Positions 1 to 12,800 of a DNA stretch of 64,000 nt are shown here, piece after piece. The position numbers and the translations under genes are program-made. Within the stretch, counting starts at the first letter, position 1. Each line of letters starts with the position of its first letter. The DNA comes from Macrostomum lignano. Taxonomy: Eukaryota. The notes under the pieces are model-generated. The model ran no database searches and was not told the DNA's origin. It worked only from the letters and a program-made list of their open reading frames with translations. Location of the stretch: positions 1-64,000 of the forward strand of contig NIVC01000291.1 in NCBI GenBank assembly GCA_002269645.1, given 5' to 3'.

Positions 1-260
1 AGCATTTCCCCTGGGATTTACTCCCAGCCTGCTGGGTAATCAGCAGGCCCTATCCGGCGCCGCGTCTTTGTCGCGGGGGGAGGCAACGCCCGTCTTCTCT
101 CGGGCGGCGAAGAGCGCGGGAATCGGTCACCGCTCCTGGCTCAGGGCGGTGGATGTGGCTCGGTCCGGCCCTCTGTGCTCAGCCTTTGTTCGCTGGCTCT
201 GTCAGCGGTAGGGGTTTGGTACCTGGTCCGGTTATTTCGAGCTCGGTCCGCAGTCAACAA

Positions 261-373
261 AACAGCAACAGCAGCAGCAACAGCAACAGCAGGAGCAGGA
301 GCAGCAGCAACAGCAGAGAAGCCAAGCAGCAACAGCAGCAAAGCAGAAGAAATAGCAGCAGCAGCAGCAGCAG
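261..373 (+). repeat. Imperfect (CAG/CAA)n trinucleotide microsatellite
   Basis: Run of CAG/CAA/GAG triplets (acagcaacagcagcagcaacagc...gcagcagcagcagaa). Confidence 0.85.
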
Positions 374-469
374 AATAACTTATAACTTATGCAACTTATG
401 CAAATATATTTTGAAATTTGAAATTTGCTGAACAGAGTGTGCTTTCTGACCTTTCTCCTTTGAATTAGT

Positions 470-864
470 AGAGCAGACATAATCAATTTCTCTATTATTA
501 TTAAAGTTAACAATATGGTTACGCAATATAAATTGAGTACTGTGCTATGCTTTCACACTCAACGCTGTGACGCAATTCAATTGAGTGTCTTGTGTATTGT
601 GATGCAATCTATTTTAGAATCAGAATTCAACCAGTCAGTTTTTCTGCTAGCATTCTTACAATGCATTTCGATGCTTGACCTTTGCAAAAAGCATGTTTTT
701 CGAATATTTAATCCCTTTAGCATCGAGCAATTTCTTAGCCACGATGCATGTACCGTCACGGAAAAATTTCTGATCGATTGGTGCAAGTTCGAAGAAATCG
801 GTTGAGCCGTTTTTGCTAAAATCGATCACACACACACACACACACACACACATACCGACAGACC
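470..864 (-). mobile_element. Fragment of family-A non-autonomous Helitron (5' region only)
   Basis: Closely matches 6020-6460, including the (CA)n tract and cataccgacagacca. It stops about 15 nt short of the 5'-TCC terminus and has no 3' end. Confidence 0.75.
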
Positions 865-1164
865 ACTGTAGCCCAGTGTAGTGTAGCACAGCCATTGGCG
901 GAAATAATAGAACAAAGCAATCTAGTGCGGCCCCTTGGGGGCGCCCAATAAGAACGAAGCAAAAATAGTTTATGGAAATCAATGAAAAAGCACATTTTCG
1001 TAAAAACCAAGTCCTTCATCACTTTTAAAATTCACCTTATTCATTTAAAATTGTCATGGACAATAATATTTGCTATGAATCTCTTTTTTTCTAAAATTAA
1101 CAAACAGACAAGAAAATATAGCTTTCACAAAGATCACAGTCATTACCCCTAAATGAAAATATTC

Positions 1165-1840
1165 CCAAGACAGCAAGCATCCCCCAGTAGCAAGCACCCG
1201 CCTCAAAAGTAAACAACCGCAGATAGCAAGCATCCACCCAGATAGCAAGCATCCACCCAGATAGCAAGCATCTGCAGATAGCAAGCATCTGCAGATAGCA
1301 AGCATCTTGCAGATAGCAAGCATCTTGCAGATAGCAAGCATCCCCCAAATAGAAGCATCCCCGGATAAAAGCATCCACCCAGATAGCAAGCATCCCCCAA
1401 ATAATGTAGAAGCATCCTTCCAGATAGCAAGCATCCCCCAAATAATGTAGAAGCATCCTTCCAGATAGCAAGCATCCCCAAATAATGTAGAAGCATCCTT
1501 CCAGATAGCAAGCATCCCCCAAATAATGTAGAAGTATCCTTCCAGATAGCAAGCATCCCCCAATAATGTAGAAGCATCCTTCAAGATAGCAAGCATCCCC
1601 AAATATTGTAGAAGCATCCACCCAGATAGCAAGCATCCCCCAAATAATGTAGAAGCATCCTTCCAGATAGCAAGCATCCCCCAAATAATGTAGAAGCATC
1701 CTTCCAGATAGCAAGCATCCCAAAATAATGTAGAAGCATCCTTCCAGATAGCAAGCATCCCCCAAATAATGTAGAAGCATCCTTCCAGATAGCAAGCATC
1801 CTGCACATAGCAAGAATCCCTAAATAGCAAGCATCCCTGG
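1165..1840. repeat. Minisatellite, 17-19-bp unit AGATAGCAAGCATCCCCC, expanded to a ~41-bp composite unit
   Basis: Direct reading of tandem units. It generates spurious periodic ORFs (DACYL/MLAIW). Confidence 0.95.
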
Positions 1841-1874
1841 ATAGAAATAATCCTATACATGTAGCCAAGCGTAT

Positions 1875-4800
1875 CAAGCGCAGTAATCCTTGGCTATGGA
1901 GTGAAGTAATCCTTGGTTTATTAAGACCAATAATCTTTGACTTATCGAGTGCAGTAATCCTTGGTTTATTAATAGTAATAATCCTTGGCTTCTCGAGTGC
2001 AGTAATCCTTGGTTTTCCAAGTGCAGTAATCCTTGGTTTATTAAGAGCAATAATCCTTGGTTATCGAGTGCATTAATCCTTGGTTTATTAATAGCAATAA
2101 TCCTTGGCTTCTCGAGTGCAGTAATCCTTGGTTTGCCAAGAGCAATAGTCCTTGGTTTATCGAGTGCAGTAATCCTTAGTTTATTAATAGCAATAATCCT
2201 TGATTAATCAAGTGCAATAATCCTTGGCTTATCGAGTGCAGTAATCCTTAGTTTATTAATAGCAATAATCCTTGGCTTATCGAGTGCAGTAATCCTAGGT
2301 TTATTAATAGCAGTAATCCTTGATTAATCAAATGCAGTAATCCTTGGTTTGCCAAGAGCAATAGTCCTTGGTTTATCGAGAGCAGTAATCCTTACTTTAT
2401 TAATAGCAATAGTCCTTGGCTTATCGAGTGCAGTAATCCTTAGTTTATTAATAGCAGTAATCCTTGATTAATCAAGTGCAGTAATCCTTGGTTTATTAAT
2501 AGCAATAATCCTTGGCTTATCGAGTGCAGTAATCCTTGGTTTTCCAAGTGCAGTAATCCTTGGTTATTAATAGCAGTAATCCTTGATTAATCAAATGCAG
2601 CAATCCTTGGTTTGCCAAGAGCAATAGTCCTTGGTTTATCGAGAGCAGTAATCCTTAGTTTATTAAGAGCAATAATCCTTGGCTTATCGAGTGCAGTAAT
2701 CCTTGGTTTATTAATAGCAATAATCCTTGGCTTCTCGAGTGCAGTAATCCTTGTTTTCCAAGTGCAGTAATCCTTGGTTTATTAAGAGCAATAATCCTTG
2801 GCTTCTCGAGTGCAGTAATCCTTGGTTTTCCAAGTGCAGTAATCCTTGGTTTATTAAGAGCAATAATCCTTGGCTTATCGAGTGCAGTAATCCTTGGTTT
2901 GCCAAGAGCAATAGTCCTTGGTTTATCGAGTGCAGTAATCCTTAGTTTATTAATAGCAATAATCCTTGATTAATCAAGTGCAATAATCCTTGGCTTATCA
3001 AGTGCAGTAATCCTTGGTTTATTAATAGCAATAATCCTTGGCTTCTCGAGTGCAGTAATCCTTGGTTTTCCAAGTGCAGTAATCCTTGGTTTATTAAGAG
3101 CAATAATCCTTGGCTTCTCGAGTGCAGTAATCCTTGGTTTTCCAAGTGCAGTAATCCTTGGTTTATTAAGAGCAATAATCCTTGGCTTATCGAGTGCAGT
3201 AATCCTTGGTTTGCCAAGAGCAATAGTACTTGGTTTATCGAGTGCAGTAATCCTTAGTTTATTAATAGCAATAATCCTTGATTAATCAAGTGCAATAATC
3301 CTTGGCTTATCGAGTGCAGTAATCCTTGGTTTTCCAAGTGCAGTAATCCTTGGTTTATTAATAGCAGTAATCCTTGATTAATCAAATGCAGCAATCCTTG
3401 GTTTGCCAAGAGCAATAGTCCTTGGTTTATCGAGAGCAGTAATCCTTAGTTTATTAAGAGCAATAATCCTTGGCTTATCGAGTGCAGTAATCCTTGGTTT
3501 ATTAATAGCAATAATCCTTGGCTTCTCGAGTGCAGTAATCCTTGGTTTTCCAAGTGCAGTAATCCTTGGTTTATTAAGAGCAATAATCCTTGGCTTCTCG
3601 AGTGCAGTAATCCTTGGTTTTCCAAGTGCAGTAATCCTTGGTTTATTAAGAGCAATAATCCTTGGCTTATCGAGTGCAGTAATCCTTGGTTTGCAAGAGC
3701 AATAGTCCTTGTTTATCGAGTGCAGTAATCCTTAGTTTATTAATAGCAATAATCCTTGATTAATCAAGTGCAATAATCCTTGGCTTATCAAGTGCAGTAA
3801 TCCTTGGTTTATTAATAGCAATAATCCTTGGCTTCTCGAGTGCAGTAATCCTTGGTTTTCCAAGTGCAGTAATCCTTGGTTTATTAAGAGCAATAATCCT
3901 TGGCTTCTCGAGTGCAGTAATCCTTGGTTTTCCAAGTGCAGTAATCCTTGGTTTATTAAGAGCAATAATCCTTGGCTTATCGAGTGCAGTAATCCTTGGT
4001 TTGCCAAGAGCAATAGTACTTGGTTTATCGAGTGCAGTAATCCTTAGTTTATTAATAGCAATAATCCTTGATTAATCAAGTGCAATAATCCTTGGCTTAT
4101 CAAGTGCAGTAATCCTTGGTTTATTAATAGCAATAATCCTTGGCTTATCGAGTGCAGTAATCCTAGGTTTATTAATAGCAGTAATCCTTGATTAATCAAA
4201 TGCAGTAATCCTTGGTTTGCCAAGAGCAATAGTCCTTGGTTTATCGAGAGCAGTAATCCTTACTTTATTAATAGCAATAATCCTTGGCTTATCGAGTGCA
4301 GTAATCCTTAGTTTATTAATAGCAGTAATCCTTGATTAATCAAATGCAGTAATCCTTGGTTTATTAAGAGCAATAATCCTTGGCTTATCGAGTGCAGTAA
4401 TCCTTAGTTTATTAATAGCAATAATCCTTGATTAATCAAGTGCAGTAATCCTTGGTTTATTAATAGCAATAATCCTTGGCTTATCGAGTGCAGTAATCCT
4501 TGGTTTTCCAAGTGCAGTAATCCTTGGTTTATTAATAGCAGTAATCCTTGATTAATCAAATGCAGCAATCCTTGGTTTGCCAAGAGCAATAGTCCTTGGT
4601 TTATCGAGAGCAGTAATCCTTAGTTTATTAAGAGCAATAATCCTTGGCTTCTCGAGTGCAGTAATCCTTGGTTTTCCAAGTGCAGTAATCCTTGGTTTAT
4701 TAAGAGCAATAATCCTTGGCTTCTCGAGTGCAGTAATCCTTGGTTTTCCAAGTGCAGTAATCCTTGGTTTATTAAGAGCAATAATCCTTGGCTTATCGAG

Positions 4801-5770
4801 TGCAGTAATCCTTGGTTTGCCAAGAGCAATAGTCCTTGGTTTATCGAGTGCAGTAATCCTTAGTTTATTAATAGCAATAATCCTTGATTAATCAAGTGCA
4901 ATAATCCTTGGCTTATCAAGTGCAGTAATCCTTGGTTTATTAATAGCAATAATCCTTGGCTTCTCGAGTGCAGTAATCCTTGGTTTTCCAAGTGCAGTAA
5001 TCCTTGGTTTATTAAGAGCAATAATCCTTGGCTTCTCGAGTGCAGTAATCCTTGGTTTTCCAAGTGCAGTAATCCTTGGTTTATTAAGAGCAATAATCCT
5101 TGGCTTATCGAGTGCAGTAATCCTTGGTTTGCAAGAGCAATAGTACTTGGTTTATCGAGTGCAGTAATCCTTAGTTTATTAATAGCAATAATCCTTGATT
5201 AATCAAGTGCAATACTCCTTGGCTTATCAAGTGCAGTAATCCTTGGTTTATTAATAGCAATAATCCTTGGCTTATCGAGTGCAGTAATCCTAGGTTTATT
5301 AATAGCAGTAATCCTTGATTAATCAAATGCAGTAATCCTTGGTTTGCCAAGAGCAATAGTCCTTGGTTTATCGAGAGCAGTAATCCTTACTTTATTAATA
5401 GCAATAATCCTTGGCTTATCGAGTGCAGTAATCCTAGGTTTATTAATAGCAGTAATCCTTGATTAATCAAATGCAGTAATCCTTGGTTTGCCAAGAGCAA
5501 TAGTCCTTGGTTTATCGAGAGCAGTAATCCTTACTTTATTAATAGCAATAATCCTTGGCTTATCGAGTGCAGTAATCCTTGGTTTATTAATAGCAATAAT
5601 CCTTGGCTTATCGAGTGCAGTAATCCTTGGTTTATTAAGAGCAATAATTCTTGGCTTATCGAGTGCAGTAATCCTTAGTTTATTAATAGCAATAATCCTT
5701 GATTAATCAAGTGCAGTAATCCTTGGTTTATTAATAGCAATAATCCTTGGCTTATCGAGTGCAGTAATCT
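1875..5770. repeat. 24-bp minisatellite array (~160 units) with higher-order structure
   Basis: Variants include GCAGTAATCCTTGGTTTATTAATA, GCAATAATCCTTGGCTTATCGAGT and GCAGTAATCCTTGGTTTTCCAAGT. The ORF track shows 8-aa periodicity, and identical 93-aa ORFs at 2942 and 3732 show a 790-bp block repeat. Confidence 0.97.
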
Positions 5771-5865
5771 AAGTTTTGTTTTATTAAACGACTAAATGTT
5801 TTATTAAAGAACTAAATATTTAATAAAAGCTTTTAATAAAAATTTTTACACTACTACTTTTAAAC

Positions 5866-5930
5866 TACTTAGATTCGAAACCAGGTCGCTGCATTAGCAG
5901 TCTCGTCTGTTCAGCTTAGGCTAGCTCTCA
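5866..5930 (-). pseudogene. tRNA-derived (SINE-head-like) cassette inside A1
   Basis: Minus strand TAGCCTAAGCTGAACAGACGAGACTGCTAATGCAGCGACCTGGTTTCGAATCT shows an A-box-like motif, a CTGCTAA anticodon-like loop and a B-box-like motif. Confidence 0.5.
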
Positions 5931-6411
5931 TCGAAGTTATCAGTGAATTTGTACCACTTATATAATTCAACACTCACACCAAGTCAGTTAGAGTAAAAAG
6001 TCACACGAAGCAGTTATGACATAATCAATTTCTTAGGCAAGTCATTACCAGTGTCTATGAAAGTTAACAAATGGTAACGTAATATAAATTGGTACTGCGC
6101 TATGCTTTCACACTCAAAGCTGTGACGCAATTCAATTGAGTGTCAAATTCAGCCAGTACACAGACGATAAATAAAGTGTATTGTGATGCAATCTATTTCA
6201 GAATCAGAATTCAACCAGTCAGTTTTTCTGCTAGCATTCTTACAATGCATTTCGATGCTTGACCTTTGCAAAAAAGCATGTTTTTCGAATATTTAATCCC
6301 TTTAGCATCGAGCAATTTCTTAGCCACGATGCATGTACCGTCACGGAAAAATTTCTGATCGAATGGTGCAAGTTCGAAGAAAATCGGTTGAGCCGTTTTT
6401 GCTAAAATCGA

Positions 6412-6451
<40 letters not shown>

Positions 6452-6619
6452 CGACAGACCATTTTTAGTATATGGACTAGCAATCTTCGCCCCCCGTTGG
6501 GGGATATCTGGATAGAATCTCTGTTCTCTACAAGTAACAAAAAGACAGCCAAATAAAGCCTTCACAAAGACAACACAAAAACTGCTCAAATAAAGTGTAA
6601 TGCAAAAAGAAATCATCTC

Positions 6620-7125
6620 AAGACAGCAAGCATCCCCCAGATTGCAAGCATCCCTCAAATAGCAAGCATCCCCAGATAGCAAGCATCCCCCAGATAGCAA
6701 GCATCCCCAGATAGCAAGCGTCCCCAGATAGCAAGCATCCCCCAGATAGCAAGCATTCCCCAGATAGCAAGCATCCCCAAATAGCAAGCATCCCCAAATA
6801 GCAAGCATCCCCCAGATAGCAAGCATCCCCCAGATAGCAAGCATCCCCCAGATAGCAAGCATCCCCCAAATAGCAAGCATCCCCCAGATAGCAAGCATCC
6901 CCAAATAGCAAGCATCCCCCAGATAGGAAGCATCCCCCTCCCAGATAGCAAACATCCCCCAGATAGCAAGCATCCCCCAGATAGCAAGCATCCCCCAAAT
7001 AGCAAGCATCCCCCAGATAGCAAGCATCCCCAAATAGCAAGCATCCCCCAGATAGGAAGCATCCCCCCTCCCAGATAGCAAGCATCCCCCAGATAGCAAG
7101 CATCCCCAAATAGTAAGCATCCACC
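6620..7125. repeat. 17-18-bp minisatellite ATAGCAAGCATCCCCCAG
   Basis: Same unit as 1165-1840, about 28 copies. Confidence 0.95.
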
Positions 7126-7179
7126 AGACAATAAGTAGCTAGTGCAACAATTTCCTTAGCTCTATAGTGGCTCCTTAAA

Positions 7180-7760
7180 AATTGACATGACGCTTACTTT
7201 TACGTTTGAAATTGTTTCTTATGTTTGACATGGTGGCTCTTTAATGTTCGACATGGTGTCTCTTTAATGTTTGACATGGTGGTCCTTTTATGTTTGACAT
7301 GGTGGCTCTTTAATTTTTGACATGGTGGCTCCTTTATGTTTGGCATGATGGCCCTTTAATGTTCTACATGGTAGCTCTTTTATTTTCGACATGGTGGCAC
7401 TTTAATGTTTGGCATGATGGCTCTTTGATGTTGGACATGGTGGTCCTTTTATGTTTGACGTGATGGCTCTTTAATGTTTGACCTGGTGGCACCTTAATGT
7501 CTGTAATGATGGCTCTTTAATGTTTGAAATGGTGGCTCTTTAATATTTGACATGGTGGCTCTTTAATGTTTGACATGGTGGCTCTTTAATGTTCGACATG
7601 GTGGCTCTTTAATGTTCGACATGGTGGCTTTTTAATGTTCGACATGGTGGCTCTTAAATGTTAGACATGGTGGCTCTTTAATGTTCGACATGGTGGCTCT
7701 TTAATGGTCGACATGGTGGCTCTTTACTGGTCGACATGGTGGCTCTTTAATGTTTGACAT
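7180..7760. repeat. 23-bp minisatellite GACATGGTGGCTCTTTAATGTTY
   Basis: About 25 tandem imperfect units. Confidence 0.92.
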
Positions 7761-7805
7761 TGTGCTTTTTTGTGTTTAGCATTTTGTGTTTTAAGGTTTT
7801 TGAAT

Positions 7806-7889
7806 AAAAAAATCTTTTTGCACTACTAAGATTCGAACCCAGATCGCTGCATTAGCAGTCCAGTCTGTTCGCATCTATGCTATCTCTTT
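7806..7889 (-). pseudogene. tRNA-derived cassette (Ser-GCT-like anticodon arm) with A box, B box and T7 terminator, inside A2
   Basis: Minus strand TAGCATAGATG (A box), CTGGA-CTGCTAA-TGCAG (anticodon arm, 4/5 pairs), CTGGG-TTCGAAT-CTTAG (T arm), then T7 at 7812-7806. There is no paired acceptor stem and no long variable arm, so it is not a functional tRNA. Confidence 0.6.
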
Positions 7890-8631
7890 TCAATTGGAGA
7901 TCATGAATTGTGGCCCTTATAATTAAATTCTTATAGCAAATCGGTTAGAGTAAAAAGTAATGACATAATCAATTTCTCAGTCAGCCAGTATCAGTGTCAA
8001 TTCAAGTTAGCAATATTGTTACGCAATTTAAATCAAGTTTTGTGTGCATTTGTTCGGCACTGTTTTCAACTGGTTGTGATGTAATCTTTATCACAATTGG
8101 AATTCAGTCAGTCAGTTTTTTCTCTAGCATTCTTACAATGCATTTCAGGTCGAAAGAGCTGCTTGACCTTTGCAAAAAAGCATGTTTTTCGAATATTTAA
8201 TCCCTTTAATATTGAGCAATTTCTTAGCCAGGATGCATGTACCGTGCCAGGAAATTTCTGATCAAATGGTGCAAGTTTGAAGAAAATCGGTTGAGCCAAT
8301 TTTTCTGAAATCTATCGCATACCGACAGACAACTCATTTTTAGTATATTGGACTAGCAATCTACGCCCCCCGTTGGGGAGCCAAAGAAATGCAATACACG
8401 TATTTTTAATAAGCTACATGTAGCCTTGAAATCTTAAAAAATCTCCTGTCAAAATTCTAACCCTAACCAAAACCCTAAATTCAATATTTTGTCCATGAGT
8501 TTTTGCATGATCGATGCTTCTATGATTTTTGGCATGACGCTTCCATTGTTTTTGCATGACGCTTCCATTATTTTTGCATGATGCTTCCATGATAAACATT
8601 TTTAATAAGCTAAATGAGTTAAGTTATAAGC

Positions 8632-9056
8632 TACCCTAACCCTAACCCTAACCCGAATCTTAACGCAATAACCCTGAACCTAACCCTAAACCTAAACCCT
8701 AATACCAACCCTAACACTAACCCTACAGCCTGACATCTGCATAAGTTTGTGAAGAGCTAGTAGTATTTTTTAGCTTAGTATCTTAGCGTTAGGGAGCCAA
8801 AAATACAGTACAAGTTTTGTAATAAACTACATGTAGCATCTCTTTGCAATTTACCTCAGAAGTCCCTTGTAAGCCTTGAAATGTCAGTAATTCCCCCCAC
8901 AAGCTTTAACAAATCAACTCCCCCCTTGACATCTCAGCGATGCCCCAAATAAGCCTTGAAGTCTAAAAAAATCTGTCAACCTTCTTACCCTAACCCTAGC
9001 CTAACCCTAACCCTAACCCTAGCCTAACCCTAACCCTAACACTAACCTAACCCTAA
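8632..9056. repeat. Two degenerate interstitial telomeric (CCCTAA)n tracts in A3
   Basis: 8632-8725 and 8988-9056 read ccctaaccctaaccctaa with variants. Confidence 0.85.
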
Positions 9057-9879
9057 AGCATTGAAATTTCAGTAATTCTGAGTCATTATAGCACTACTAC
9101 AGCGTTATAGCGATTCCCTCGTAGGGATTCCCAAATGAATCTCTTCGCTTCGACATGAAGCTTCTTTTATTTTTTACATTATGCTTTTTCTATCAGTGAG
9201 CCCTGAGGAGCCAACAAAAAATGTAATAAAAAGTTTTCATTAAACTACATGTAGCTTCTGACTTTAGCCTTGAAATCTCATTTATACCCCGTGAGCCTTC
9301 ACATCTCAGCTATTCCCCCCGTAAGCCTTGACATGTCAGCGATGCCCCCATAAATCTTGAAATCTAAAAAAATCCCCTGTTAACCTTGAAACCCGATAAA
9401 ATATAACCCTCAACCCACACCTGACCTAAACCTAACTTTAACCCAACCTAAAGCCTTGAAATCTCAGCAATTCTTCTCCCCTAAGCCTTGACATTTTAGT
9501 GTTTCCTTCTTTAAGAATCACAGCACTATAACGATTTCCACCAAGCTTTGACATTGTAGCAATTCCCAAATGAATCTTTTAACTTCGACATGACTTTTCT
9601 TATATGTATACATAGTGCTACTTTTATTTTTTACATGACTCTGCTTCTATCAGCGCCCCCCCTGTGGCGAGCCAACAATGAATGTAATAAAAATTGAGTA
9701 AAGTACATGAACTTTGAAGTAGCTTCTGACTTTTGCTTTGACATCTCAGAAACCCCCCCCCACCTGTAATATCAGTTATTCTCTGTGAGCCTTGACGTCT
9801 CAGTAATTCTCCCCAGCACAGCACTGTACTATAGCTTCATTTAATTTTTATATGACACCTTTAATGTCTGACATGGCGC

Positions 9880-12800
9880 TTCTTTTGATTTTTACATGAC
9901 GCTTCTTTTTTTCTTCCATTATTCTTCTTAATTTTTTAAATGACACTTTCATTAGTTTTTATATGAGGCTTCTATGATTGTTTGCATGACGCTTCTATGA
10001 TTTTACCATGACGCTTCTATTATTGTTTGCATGACGCTTCTATGATTTTTACATGACGCAACTATGATTTTTTAAATGACGCTTTTATGATTTTTTACAT
10101 GACGCTTTTATGATTTTTTACATGACGCTTCTATGCTTGTTTACATGACGCTTCTATGCTTGTTTACATGACGCTTCTATGATTGTTTACATGACGCTTC
10201 TATGATTGTTTACATGACTCTTCTATGATTGTTTACATGAAGCTTCTATGATTGTTTACATGACGCTTCTATGATTTTTTACATGACGCTTCTATGATTG
10301 TTTACATGACGCTTCTATGATTGTTTACATGACGCTTCTATGGTTTCTTTATGACGCTTCTATGATTGTTTACATGACGCTTCTATGATTGTTTACATGA
10401 CGCTTCTTTGATTTTTACATGACGCTTCTATGCTTGTTTACATGACGCTTCTTTGATTTTTTTACATGACGCTTTTATGATTGTTTACATGACGCTTCTA
10501 TGATTGTTTACATGACGCTTCTTTGATTTTTACATGACGCTTCTATGCTTGTTTACATGACGCTTCTTTGATTTTTTTACATGACGCTTCTATGATTTTT
10601 ACATGACGCTTCTATGATTGTTTACATGACGCTTCTATGATTTTTTACATGACGCTTTTATGCTTTTTTTACATGACGCTTCTATGATTTTTTCATGACG
10701 CTTCTATGATTGTTTACATGACGCTTTATGCTTTTTTACATGACGCTTCTATGATTGTTTACATGACGCTTCTATGATTGTTTACATGACGCTTCTATGA
10801 TTTTTTACATGACGCTTCTATGATTTTTACATGACGCTTCTATGATTTTTACATGACGCTTCTATGATTTTTTCATGACGCTTCTATGATTTTTACATGA
10901 CGCTTCTATGATTGTTTACATGACGCTTCTATGATTTTTACATGACGCTTCTATGATTTTTACATGACGCTTCTATGATTTTTTCATGACGCTTCTATGA
11001 TTTTTACATGACGCTTCTATGATTGTTTACATGACGCTTCTATGATTTTTACATGACGCTTCTATGATTTTTACATGACGCTTCTATGATTTTTACATGA
11101 CGCTTTTATGATTTTTTACATGACGCTTCTACGATTTTGGCAGGACGATTCTATGATTTTACATGACGCTTCTATGATTTTTTACATGACGCTTCTATGA
11201 TTGTTTCATGACGCTTCTATGATTTTTACATGATGCTTCTACGATTTCTGCAGGACGCTTCTATGATTTTTACATGACGCTTCCATGATTTTTTACATGA
11301 CACTTCTATGATTTTTTGCATGACGCTTCCATGATTTTTTCATGACGCTTCTGTGATTGTTTATATGACGCTTCTATGCTTTTTATATGACGCTTCTATG
11401 ATTGTTTACATGACGCTTCTATGCTTTTTATATGACGATTCTATGATTTTTACATGACGCTTCTATGATTGTTTACGTGACGTTTCTATGATTTTTTCAT
11501 GACGCTCCTATGTTTTTTTCATGACGCTTCTATGATTTTTTCATGACGCTTCTATGATTTTTACATGACGCTACTATGATTTTTACATGACGCTTCCATG
11601 ATTTTTTACATGACGCTTCTATGCTTTTTACATGACGCTTCTATGATTATTTCATGACGCTTCTACGATATCTGCAGGACGCTTCTATGATTGTTTACAT
11701 GACGCTTCTATGATTTTTACATGACGCTTCTATGATTTTTTCATGACGCTCCTATGTTTTTTTCATGACGCTTCTATGATTTTTTCATGACGCTTCTATG
11801 ATTTTTTACATGACGCTTCTATGATTTTTTACATGACGCTTCCATGATTTTTTACATGACACTTCTATGATTTTTTCATGACGCTTCTATGATTTTTACA
11901 TGACGCTTCCATGATTTTTTACATGACACTTCTATGATTTTTTGCATGACGCTTCCCTGATTTTTTACATGACGCTTCTATGATTTTTTACATGACGCTT
12001 CTATGATTGTTTACATGACGCTTCTATGATTTTTTACATGACGCTTCTATGATTGTTTACATGACGCTTCTATGATTTTTTACATGACGCTTCTATGATA
12101 TTTTCATGACGCTTCTATGATTTTTTACATGACGCTTCTATGATACTTTCATGACGCTTCCACGATTTTTTACATGACGCTTCTATGATTTTTACATGAT
12201 GCTTCTACGATTTCTGCAGGACGCTTCTATGATTTTTTACATGACGCTTCTATGATTTTTTACATGACGCTTCTATGATTTTTACATGATGCTTCTACGA
12301 TTTCTGCAGGACGCTTCTATGATTTTTCATGACGCTCTATGATTTTTTCATGACGCTTCCATGATTTTTTACATGACGCTTCTATGATTGTTTACATGAA
12401 GCTTCTATGATTGTTTACATGACGCTTCTATGATTTTTTACATGACGCTTCTATGATTGTTTACATGACGCTTCTATGATTGTTTACATGACGCTTCTAT
12501 GGTTTCTTTATGACGCTTCTATGATTGTTTACATGACGCTTCTATGATTGTTTACATGACGCTTCTTTGATTTTTACATGACGCTTCTATGCTTGTTTAC
12601 ATGACGCTTCTTTGATTTTTTTACATGACGCTTTTATGATTGTTTACATGACGCTTCTATGATTGTTTACATGACGCTTCTTTGATTTTTACATGACGCT
12701 TCTATGCTTGTTTACATGACGCTTCTTTGATTTTTTTACATGACGCTTCTATGATTTTTACATGACGCTTCTATGATTGTTTACATGACGCTTCTATGAT

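Larger units (their letters stand above)
913..6476 (-). mobile_element. Non-autonomous Helitron A1 (5.6 kb, minisatellite-expanded)
   Basis: Minus-strand 5' end TCCATATACTAAAAATGG at 6476, then a (TG)n microsatellite. The 3' end has a GC hairpin (plus gcggcccc-tt-gggggcgc, ~927-944) and a degenerate terminus at ~913-925. It abuts the CTAG 3' end of A2. Confidence 0.75.
6477..8352 (-). mobile_element. Non-autonomous Helitron A2 (1876 bp)
   Basis: 3' CTAG at 6477-6480 with hairpin CCCCC-AAC-GGGGG 9 nt inside. 5' TCCAATATACTAAAAATG at 8352. Both junctions are exact CTAG|TCC head-to-tail joins. Confidence 0.85.

Noticed and set aside
2-431. GC-rich open frames at the window start (2-211, 153-431, 175-378)
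   Set aside because: Could be a terminal exon of an upstream gene, but no recognisable domain was seen and the frames are kept open partly by the CAG repeat.
7806-7889. Functional tRNA-Ser gene
   Set aside because: The acceptor stem does not pair, the D arm is weak, the long variable arm is missing, and the anticodon varies between copies (GCT versus GCC).
8632-9056. True chromosome end
   Set aside because: The tracts are short, degenerate, internal and embedded in dispersed elements.
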